Source: Trichosphaerium sp. ATCC 40318 (lineage: Eukaryota > Protista > Tubulinea). From it: DNA of 64,000 bases. The stretch spans positions 124,001 to 188,000 of the forward strand of contig JALMLS010000027.1 in assembly GCA_038496445.1 (NCBI GenBank), given 5' to 3'. The notes below the pieces were generated by a model, which saw only the letters and a program-made list of their open reading frames with translations, was not told the DNA's origin and made no database searches. This document shows, in pieces, positions 63,701 to 64,000 of this stretch. A program made the translations under genes and the position numbers. Each line of letters begins with the position of its first letter. Within the stretch, counting starts at the first letter, position 1.

Positions 63701-64000
63701 TAGTTCCAGAATGCTCTGTTTTAATCCGCCTTTTTTTTAGTTTTCTCGTTTGTCTCAATAAACGATCTTTAATCTTCTTCTGTGGTTGAGTATTAGAAAC
63801 CCCAGCGCCTGGGTCGGGAGTAATTTTCCTTTTAGAGTCATCTAAATCTAATTCATCCCCAAAAGCATCAATTAACTGTCTCATTCTATCGGAAGATAAA
63901 ATTTGGTCAGGTTCTACTGTAGTAGAAGGAGTTGGTGAAGTTTTTGATTTTTGCAACCCAGGAGACACACGTGGGCTCTGATGTGCGGTATTATCGCTTT
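60718..64000 (-). CDS. Ras-like (pseudo)GTPase + PH + RhoGAP multidomain protein; 5' end at or beyond the window edge
   Basis: Ras fold: [57 protein letters not shown]: [25 protein letters not shown]. RhoGAP: [37 protein letters not shown]. Confidence 0.9.

Overview
Eukaryotic nuclear DNA. It is AT-rich and gene-dense, with many short (mostly ~40-150 nt) spliceosomal introns and the standard genetic code, so the supplied ORF track only shows exon fragments. I spliced the genes by hand and found about 25-27 protein-coding genes. Gene content (two RasGEFs, a PH-RhoGAP, a Zn2Cys6 transcription factor, a VIT-vWA protein, Wee1, an SLC12A9-type cotransporter) suggests a free-living amoeboid protist, probably an amoebozoan; this is inference. 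Main findings: (1) a phase-consistent gene fusing a complete Ykt6-type longin R-SNARE, without its CCAAX anchor, to a VWA5A-type VIT-vWA module (321-3823); (2) a U12-type (minor spliceosome) intron in the SLC12 gene and at least six GC-AG introns; (3) about 55 copies of the palindrome CACGTG, against about 6 expected; (4) a Ras-like pseudoGTPase-PH-RhoGAP; (5) a hidden 109-aa protein with a K-Ras-like polybasic-CCIIM tail; (6) a tail-to-tail pair of F-box/MORN and F-box/LRR genes with giant-virus-style architectures; (7) a 2-kb deletion-ridden copy of the next 3 kb that splits the F-box/LRR gene and is probably a long-read assembly artefact. All calls rest on motif recognition, not database searches, and some gene ends are approximate.
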